Shown piece by piece: positions 35,175-41,821 of a stretch of DNA of 41,821 bases. Each line of letters begins with the position of its first letter. The stretch's first letter is position 1. Where the stretch lies: positions 1 through 41,821 of IMG/VR virus record IMGVR_UViG_3300045988_157277. One strand, written 5' to 3'. The notes beneath the pieces were generated by a model. That model was not told the DNA's origin. It saw only the letters and a program-made list of their open reading frames with translations, and did no database searches. The DNA comes from a virus. Position numbers and translations under genes: made by a program.

Positions 35175-35492
35175 ATGTTAGATCTAACAATTTATAAATC
35201 AAGATATTATCCAGTTAAAATTAGTGAAAATGAAATCATTAATGTTGAACCTCCAAAAAGAAAACAATTAAAAAAAATATTAGAATTAACTAAAAATATG
35301 AAATCTGAATCTTTAGATGAAAATGATATTGATAATTTATATGAAGCAATAACAATTGCAATTAACAAAAATAAAGAAAATAAAATACTTTCATCAGATA
35401 AAATTGATGATATTTTTAGTTTAAATGCTTTATATGCATTTTTCGAAGGTTATTATACTTGGGTTGCGGATAATCTTGATCAAAAAAACTAG
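35175..35492 (+). CDS. Tail assembly chaperone G (105 aa)
   Basis: Between the major tail protein and TMP. Ends at a slippery heptamer. Confidence 0.7.
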   Translation: MLDLTIYKSRYYPVKISENEIINVEPPKRKQLKKILELTKNMKSESLDENDIDNLYEAITIAINKNKENKILSSDKIDDIFSLNALYAFFEGYYTWVADNLDQKN

Positions 35493-35776
35493 AAATTCCT
35501 TACTATCCTAAAAAGAAAACTGATAGTAAGGAAAATCCGTACATAATAGAAACTGTAGAAGAAAAAACAATTTCTAAATATTTAAATATTCCGCTATTTG
35601 AAGTTGATGAATTAGATGTAGTTGAATATAAATTTTATTTGAGAGAAGCATTTATTTATAATTGTTCAATGACAGAAGAAGGAATTGAATATTTAATAAA
35701 TGCGAAAAGATTAGAAACAACAGAGCCTGAAAGAGATAAATTAAGAAAGAAGATTGAGGAGCAACAAACTAGTTAA
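35175..35776 (+). CDS. Tail assembly chaperone GT fusion, by a -1 programmed ribosomal frameshift at A_AAA_AAC (35483-35489)
   Basis: The -1 frame stays open for 94 codons (EIPYYPKK...EEQQTS) with no start codon of its own. X_XXY_YYZ heptamer at the end of G. Confidence 0.6.
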
Positions 35777-35797
35777 TAGTATTGCTCCTCTTTTTTT
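35756..35797 (+). terminator. Hairpin plus T-run (partial terminator or attenuator) between GT and TMP
   Basis: GAGGAGCAA-N17-TTGCTCCTC followed by TTTTTTT. Confidence 0.35.
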
Positions 35798-35817
35798 ATA
35801 GAAAGGAGGGCAAAAAT

Positions 35818-38799
35818 ATGGCAAGTAATAGAATAAAAGGTATTACAATTGAAATTGATGGTGATACCACAAAACTTGGAAAAGCATTAGATGGTGCAGA
35901 AAAATCTAGTAGAGATTTACAAAGTGAATTAAAAGGTGTTAATTCATTATTAAAATTAGATCCCTCAAATGTTGAATTGTTAAGACAAAAGCAAGAATTG
36001 TTAACACAAAGTATAAGTGCAACAGAACAGAAATTAAATACTTTAAAACAAGCACAAGCCCAAGTTCAAGCACAATTTGAACGAGGAGATATAACTGTTG
36101 AACAATATAGAGATTTTCAACGTGAAATAATTGCTACTGAACAAAAACTAAAAAGATTGAAAGATGAGCAAAAAGATTTTGGTAGTGTAGTAGAGCAGCA
36201 AATGAAAGTAGCTGGTAAGAAAGTTGAAGAATTTGGCGGTAAAATCGAAGATGCTGGTAAAAAGTTTTCTATTTTATCCGCTGGTGCTACTGCAGGTTTA
36301 GGATATGCTACTAAAACTGCTGGTTCGCTTGAAGGAGCAGTAAATAAAGTAACTGTTGCTACTGGAGCTAGTAAAGAAAGTACCGAAGGATTAAAAGAAG
36401 TATTAAAATCTATTCATGATAATAATTATGGTGAAGATTATAATGATATTGCTGAAAAAATGGCTTTAGTAAAGCAAAATTTAGGTGATATTTCTAATAC
36501 AGATCTTCAAAATATAACCGAAAGAGCATATATGTTAGAAGATGCTTTTGGTATGGACTTCAACGAAACCTTAAGAGGTATTAACGGACTTATGACCAAT
36601 ATGGGCTTAACTGCTGAACAGGCATTTGATTATTTAGTAGTTGGTGCTCAAAATGGTTTAAATAAATCTGATGAATTAGCTGATAACATTGCCGAATATT
36701 CTCAATTATGGGGACAAGCAGGTTTTAGTGCTGAGGAAATGTTTGTAATATTACAAAATGGATTAGATAGCGGTGCTTATAACCTAGATAAAGTTAATGA
36801 TTTAGTTAAAGAGATGGGAATATCTCTAACTGATGGAAGAATTGAAGAAAATTTAAGTTCATTTAGTAAAGAAACTCAAAATCTATTTAAAGAATGGCAA
36901 AAAGGTGGAGCAAGTCAAGCGGATGTTATTAAAAGTATTATTAATGATTTTTCTAATATGGAAAATGAACAAGAAGCATTAACACTTGCAGGTACTGTAT
37001 GGAGTGCATTAGGTGAAGATAATGCAATGAAAATTATTACTTCTCTAGGCAATGTAAATAATACTTATAAAGATGTAACTGGTTCTGTATCAGAAGCTAG
37101 TGAGCAAATGTATAGCGGTACTGGAGCAAAAGCAGAACAAGCAATGAAAAAAATACAAACTGCATTTCAAACAATGGGAGATGCAATACTTCCTATATTA
37201 ACACCTATTATAGAAAAGATAGCTGATTTAGCAACTAAATTTAGTAAGTTAAATCCTACAATTCAAAAGATAGTATTAGTTGTTATGGGATTAGTTGCAG
37301 CAGCAGGCCCAGTTCTAATTTTTGTTGGAAAAGTCATAACCGCAGTAGGGAAAATAATGCCTTTAATAACAAAACTAGGCGGTATTTTATCAAAAGCACC
37401 AGTTGTTTTAGGAGCAATAAAAACCGCTTTTATGGCAATCGTAGGTGTTTTAGGTTGGCCAGTAACAATAATAATGTCCATAATTGGTGTTTTAGTGCTT
37501 TTATATAATAAATGTGAGTGGTTTAGAGATTTAGTACATAAAATTTTAGATGGAATAGTATCTGGTATAAAATGGGTAGGTTCAATTTTGTCAAAAGCAG
37601 GAGTATGGATTTATGACAATGTTATTAAACCAATAGCTGATTTCTTTGTTGGATTATTTACAACAATAAAAGATGGATTAGTTGCAGCATGGAATTTTGT
37701 AACTGGTATTTTAAAAACAGTATCAGCGTGGATATATGATTATGTAATTAAACCTATTATAGTTATAATTCTTGCTTTAGGAACGTTACTTTATGAAGGT
37801 ATTGTTAAGTTATGGAATTTCGTTACTGGAATTTTAAAGACAGTAGCAAAATGGATATACGATAATGTAATTAAACCAGTAGTGGATTTCTTTGTTGGAT
37901 TATTTACAATAATAAAAGATGGAATAGTATCAGCGTGGAACTTCATAACTGGAATTTTAAAGACAGTAGCAAAATGGATATATGATTATGTAATTAAACC
38001 AGTTATAGATTTCTTTACAAAATGTTATGAAACAATAAAAAATGCATTTGTTACAACATGGAATTTTATAAAAAATATATTTAGTACAGTAGCAAATTGG
38101 ATTAATACTTATGTAGTACAACCTATAGTTAATTTTTTCACAAATTTATGGAATAGCATTAAAAATATATTTGGTAATGTTAAATCATTTTTCACTGATA
38201 AATTTAAACAAGCATATGATGGTATTAAAAGTGCATTTGGTGGTGTAAAAAATTGGTTTAATGAAAATGTATGGGGAAAAATTCAAAGTGTTTTTAGCGG
38301 TGCAAAAGAGAAAATGGCTGAAATCGGTGGTAAGATATGGAGCGGATTAAAATCTGCATTTAAAAATCCTTTAGGATTAAAAGTTACTTATGATACTAAT
38401 GTTGGTAAAGTCAAAAAGGCAATATATTCTGCTTTAGGATTAGATGGATGGCCTAAATTAAGTTTTGCAGCTAAAGGTGCAGTATCTCGTAAACCAACTG
38501 CATTATTAACTGGTGAATATCCTAATGCTGTTAATAACCCTGAAATAACAACTCCTCAAAGTATTATGAGAGATACTATGATGGATGCTTTAACATCATT
38601 TAATAATCAAAGATATCAAAATGGATCTAATGGAGATATTGGAGAATTAACAAGATTATTAAAACAATATATGCCACAAATAGTTGAAAACATGGATAGA
38701 GATATAAATCTTGATGGTCGCAAAGTTGGTAAACTAATTGCACCTACAATAAATAAGGAATTAGGTGTTTTAAGTGCTAAAGAACAAAGAGGATACTAG
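35818..38799 (+). CDS. Tape measure protein (994 aa from the ATG at 35818)
   Basis: RBS GAAAGGAGGG. N-terminal coiled coil, central hydrophobic segments, tandem ~34-aa repeats. Confidence 0.85.
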   Translation: MASNRIKGITIEIDGDTTKLGKALDGAEKSSRDLQSELKGVNSLLKLDPSNVELLRQKQELLTQSISATEQKLNTLKQAQAQVQAQFERGDITVEQYRDFQREIIATEQKLKRLKDEQKDFGSVVEQQMKVAGKKVEEFGGKIEDAGKKFSILSAGATAGLGYATKTAGSLEGAVNKVTVATGASKESTEGLKEVLKSIHDNNYGEDYNDIAEKMALVKQNLGDISNTDLQNITERAYMLEDAFGMDFNETLRGINGLMTNMGLTAEQAFDYLVVGAQNGLNKSDELADNIAEYSQLWGQAGFSAEEMFVILQNGLDSGAYNLDKVNDLVKEMGISLTDGRIEENLSSFSKETQNLFKEWQKGGASQADVIKSIINDFSNMENEQEALTLAGTVWSALGEDNAMKIITSLGNVNNTYKDVTGSVSEASEQMYSGTGAKAEQAMKKIQTAFQTMGDAILPILTPIIEKIADLATKFSKLNPTIQKIVLVVMGLVAAAGPVLIFVGKVITAVGKIMPLITKLGGILSKAPVVLGAIKTAFMAIVGVLGWPVTIIMSIIGVLVLLYNKCEWFRDLVHKILDGIVSGIKWVGSILSKAGVWIYDNVIKPIADFFVGLFTTIKDGLVAAWNFVTGILKTVSAWIYDYVIKPIIVIILALGTLLYEGIVKLWNFVTGILKTVAKWIYDNVIKPVVDFFVGLFTIIKDGIVSAWNFITGILKTVAKWIYDYVIKPVIDFFTKCYETIKNAFVTTWNFIKNIFSTVANWINTYVVQPIVNFFTNLWNSIKNIFGNVKSFFTDKFKQAYDGIKSAFGGVKNWFNENVWGKIQSVFSGAKEKMAEIGGKIWSGLKSAFKNPLGLKVTYDTNVGKVKKAIYSALGLDGWPKLSFAAKGAVSRKPTALLTGEYPNAVNNPEITTPQSIMRDTMMDALTSFNNQRYQNGSNGDIGELTRLLKQYMPQIVENMDRDINLDGRKVGKLIAPTINKELGVLSAKEQRGY
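37596..38160 (+). repeat. About 102-bp tandem repeats (5-6 units) inside the TMP gene
   Basis: Repeating 'KWIYD(N/Y)VIKP..DFFVGLFT.IKDG.V.AWNF.TGILKTVA' units at both DNA and protein level. Confidence 0.8.
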
Positions 38800-38814
38800 A
38801 AAGGAGGATTTTAA

Positions 38815-39456
38815 ATGAATGGAGTAAAGTTTGGTGATAAACATTCTATTACTGATTGGGATTTATTAATGACTTCTAAAACAATAGGAGATGCAGAACC
38901 TAAAATTATAACGGTTGAAATTCCAGGAAGTGATGGAGTGAAAGATTTAACAGAAGCATTTGGCGAAGTTAATTATAATAATAGAACCTTAACATTTAAT
39001 TTTGATTTATTTCAAAGTCCTTCCGACTGGTGGACTATAAAAGAAAAAATATCAAAGTACTTGCATGGAAAAAAACTTAAAATAATTTTAGATCAAGATC
39101 CTAATTATTATTATATTGGTAGGTGTAAAATAACTAATTTTTCAAATGATTATACTGTAGCTCATTTAACTATTGAATGTGATTGTGAACCTTATAAATA
39201 TAAATTAAATGAAACAGTAGTTGAAGAATCAGTAACAGCTGGAACAACATATACATATTCAAATTTATTTAAAAGTGTTATTCCTGCTTTAGTTTTAAGT
39301 GCAGATATGACATTAGAATTTGGAGGTAATACATATAGTTTATCCGCTGGTACTCAAAAAGTATTAGATATTAAATTTGTTGAGGGAAATAATAGTATTA
39401 AAGTTACTGCTGGAAGTGGAACATTAACTGTTAAATATCAAGAGGCTACATTATGA
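38815..39456 (+). CDS. Distal tail protein (Dit)
   Basis: 213 aa immediately after TMP. Confidence 0.65.
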   Translation: MNGVKFGDKHSITDWDLLMTSKTIGDAEPKIITVEIPGSDGVKDLTEAFGEVNYNNRTLTFNFDLFQSPSDWWTIKEKISKYLHGKKLKIILDQDPNYYYIGRCKITNFSNDYTVAHLTIECDCEPYKYKLNETVVEESVTAGTTYTYSNLFKSVIPALVLSADMTLEFGGNTYSLSAGTQKVLDIKFVEGNNSIKVTAGSGTLTVKYQEATL

Positions 39457-41153
39457 TGAAATACCAAATTAAATGTGATGATAAAATTTTATATGATTTA
39501 AGAGATAAAGAATTTTTTGTTGAAAGTCCTAACTTAAATTTAGAAATAAATAAAGTTGGGACTTTAACTTTTTCTATTTATCCTGATCATCCTTATTTTG
39601 ATAGTTTAAAAAAATTAAAATCAAGAATCATTGCTAAAAGAGGAAATAAGGATATTTTTAGAGGAAGAATTATAAGTGATGAACAAGGTATCTATAATGA
39701 AAAAAATGTTGAATGTGAAAGCAGTTTAGCATATTTAAATGATAGTATTTACAGGCCTAGTTCATTTACTGGTACACCAGAAGAATTATTTACTTTAATT
39801 TTTAGTAATCATAATTTGCAAGTAACTGATGACCAAAAATTAAAAGTAGGTAATGTAACAGTAACTGATCCTAATAATTATATTTCAAGAAGTTGGGAAG
39901 ATTATCTATCATCTTGGGATTTATTAAAAACAAAATTATTAGAACCTTTAGGAGGTTATCTTGTTGAAAGATATGAAGATGATGGTACATATATTGATTG
40001 GCTAGAAGATTTTACAAATAATGAAAGTTTAATTGTATCTACTCAAACAATTGAATTTGGTGAAAATCTTATTGATATACTAGCAAAAAACGATGCTTCA
40101 ACTACATATAGTGTAGTTATTCCTTTAGGTTATGAAATTGAAAATGAAGATGGTACTAAATCAAGATTAACAATTAATAGTGTAAATGATGATAAAGATT
40201 ATTTAGTTAATGAAACTGCATTAGCAGCTTATGGATGGAAGGTAGCACCAGTGAGTGAAACTACTTGGGATGATGTAACAGTAGCAAGTAATTTAAAAAC
40301 AAAAGGTCAAAAATGGCTAGATAATCAAGCGGTTATGATAGCAAGTACTTTAGAAATAACAGCTTTAGATTTAGCAGCAGTAGATCAAGATATAGAGTTT
40401 TTCTTTATTTATAAATATGTAAGAATAAAGAGTACTCCACATAATTTTAATAAAGTATATTTGTTAAAATCAATTAAAATTCCTTTTGACCATCCTGAAA
40501 GCACACAAATTACTTTAGGTGAAACATCTAATACTTTAACTGGTATTGAATTAGGAAATAAGCAAAAAATAGATGGTGTAATAACTAGAGTTGAAACGAT
40601 AGAAGCGGATTATGTAACTAATGAAGAAGTTGGAGAAGTTATTGAAAGTGAAATATCAAGCAATCCAAATATAACAAATATCATTAATGAAGTAGTTTCA
40701 AGTAATACTTCAATATTACAAAATGCAGAAAATATTATAATGACTGCATTACAAGACTATGTAGCAACAAGTGATTTTGAAACATTTCAACAAACTGTAT
40801 CAACTCAATTTCAACAAACTGCTAATGCATTTAATTTTAATTTTACTAATCTTACAAGCCAAATAAATAATTTAAATGGTAATACTCAACAACAATTTCA
40901 AGAAATAAGTAAATACATAAGATTTGAAGATGGAAATATTATTTTGGGTGAAGCTGGTAATGAAATAACCTTAAAAATAGAAAATGATAGAATTTCTTTC
41001 TTACAAAATAATAGTGAAGTTGCTTATTTAAGTAATAATAAATTAGTAGTAACTGATGGTGAATTTTTAAATAGTTTAATCATTGGAAATTTTGCTTGGA
41101 AACCTAGAGAAAATGGCAATTTAAGTTTAGTTAAAATTGGAGGTGGTAGTTAA
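39453..41153 (+). CDS. Tail-associated lysin/tail tip protein (Tal, 566 aa)
   Basis: Follows Dit. ATGA overlap. Confidence 0.6.
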   Translation: MMKYQIKCDDKILYDLRDKEFFVESPNLNLEINKVGTLTFSIYPDHPYFDSLKKLKSRIIAKRGNKDIFRGRIISDEQGIYNEKNVECESSLAYLNDSIYRPSSFTGTPEELFTLIFSNHNLQVTDDQKLKVGNVTVTDPNNYISRSWEDYLSSWDLLKTKLLEPLGGYLVERYEDDGTYIDWLEDFTNNESLIVSTQTIEFGENLIDILAKNDASTTYSVVIPLGYEIENEDGTKSRLTINSVNDDKDYLVNETALAAYGWKVAPVSETTWDDVTVASNLKTKGQKWLDNQAVMIASTLEITALDLAAVDQDIEFFFIYKYVRIKSTPHNFNKVYLLKSIKIPFDHPESTQITLGETSNTLTGIELGNKQKIDGVITRVETIEADYVTNEEVGEVIESEISSNPNITNIINEVVSSNTSILQNAENIIMTALQDYVATSDFETFQQTVSTQFQQTANAFNFNFTNLTSQINNLNGNTQQQFQEISKYIRFEDGNIILGEAGNEITLKIENDRISFLQNNSEVAYLSNNKLVVTDGEFLNSLIIGNFAWKPRENGNLSLVKIGGGS

Positions 41154-41821
41154 TGGCGAAAAGTGGATATAAAGATTTTGTAGTAACTAATGATGGTTAT
41201 ATTAAATTAAGATATTCATGGAGTGCTGGAACTCAAAACATAACAAATAACTTCACTCCTATTTCATGGGTATTGCAATTAATTAGTACTAATTCTAAAG
41301 CAAATATTAGTTCAAGTGTAAGTAAAAATTATTCGGTAACTACTGATAGTGCTACTTCAAGTGGTACTAATACAGTAGGTTTAAATGGTGGAGCAACTAA
41401 AACTTTAGCAAGTGGATCTAAAAACATATATCATGGTTCAGATGGTAAGAAAACATTTAGTTTCTCAATTAGTCAAGAATTTAATATTACTTATAGTGGT
41501 GTTTCTATAGGAACTATTACTGGTAGTGGAACTGGTACATTAGATGATATTCCTAGAAGTTCAGTATTAGGAACAATAAATAATTTTACAATAGGTAACG
41601 CAATTACAATACCTATTACTAAATATAGCGATAGTTTTAGTGATACTCTTAATATTTATGTAGGAGATACTTGGATAAAGAGAGTTGAAGGACTTACAAA
41701 TAATCAAAGTGTATCATTTACAACTTCTGAACTAAATAATATTTATAATGCTATGTCAAATGTAACAAGTGCTACTTTTAAATTTGTAAATTCAACATAT
41801 AGTGGAGCAAATATTATAGGA
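41153..41821 (+). CDS. Tail or baseplate-associated protein, 5' part. The gene wraps across the circular junction and continues to 1481, ~676 aa in total.
   Basis: ATG at 41153 overlaps the Tal stop (TAATG). The frame stays open to the window end and matches the frame of 51..1481. Ser/Thr/Asn-rich beta-type tail protein composition. Confidence 0.7.
   Translation, partial: MAKSGYKDFVVTNDGYIKLRYSWSAGTQNITNNFTPISWVLQLISTNSKANISSSVSKNYSVTTDSATSSGTNTVGLNGGATKTLASGSKNIYHGSDGKKTFSFSISQEFNITYSGVSIGTITGSGTGTLDDIPRSSVLGTINNFTIGNAITIPITKYSDSFSDTLNIYVGDTWIKRVEGLTNNQSVSFTTSELNNIYNAMSNVTSATFKFVNSTYSGANIIG

Noticed and set aside
14791-37481. Further short antisense ORFs from the track (14791-15012, 16956-17452, 18619-18831, 18920-19216, 22098-22355, 26162-26359, 28986-29171, 29971-30300, 31632-31907, 32960-33142, 33770-33991, 37263-37481) and the plus-strand ORF 28482-28772 inside terL
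   Set aside because: Same reasoning: each is embedded in or antisense to stronger genes and has no translation signal.
1-41821. CRISPR array, tRNA or rRNA genes
   Set aside because: I found no direct repeat/spacer periodicity. The only GC-rich patch is 26280-26340, and it does not fold as a cloverleaf. No rRNA-like segments are present.

Overview
This AT-rich (~28% GC) window is a complete, circularly closed temperate siphovirus or prophage genome from a low-GC Firmicute, most likely a Clostridium-like host. The first 119 nt are identical to the last 119 nt, which is an assembly overlap, so the unit length is 41,702 bp and one tail gene runs across the window ends. Gene order, read from the sequence: tail module (TMP, Dit, Tal, two large fiber/RBP genes), lysis module (LL-H-type holin, NlpC/P60-LysM endolysin), a moron region with a tandem array of paralogous small genes and two HNH genes, a lysogeny module (large serine integrase on the minus strand, a divergent XRE-type cI/cro pair, and a stand-alone XerC/D-like tyrosine recombinase), an early replication region (many small ORFs and an initiator with internal iterons plus an AT-rich block), a late regulator, a cos-type HNH, an ectopic cluster of receptor-binding-like genes (tail-fiber motifs, BspA-type LRR, BNR propeller), a ParB-N6/N4 methyltransferase, then TerS(P27), TerL, an HK97-type portal, protease and capsid, head-tail connectors, the major tail protein, and G/GT chaperones with a canonical -1 frameshift site. 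The features that stand out are: a conserved 36-bp operator architecture repeated across early promoters; duplicated ~125-bp regulatory regions carrying a 40-bp palindromic element; the second RBP/adhesin cassette placed outside the tail module; a structured 280-bp non-coding region before the displaced HNH; a candidate attP; and a candidate ori inside the rep gene. I found no rRNA, tRNA or CRISPR.
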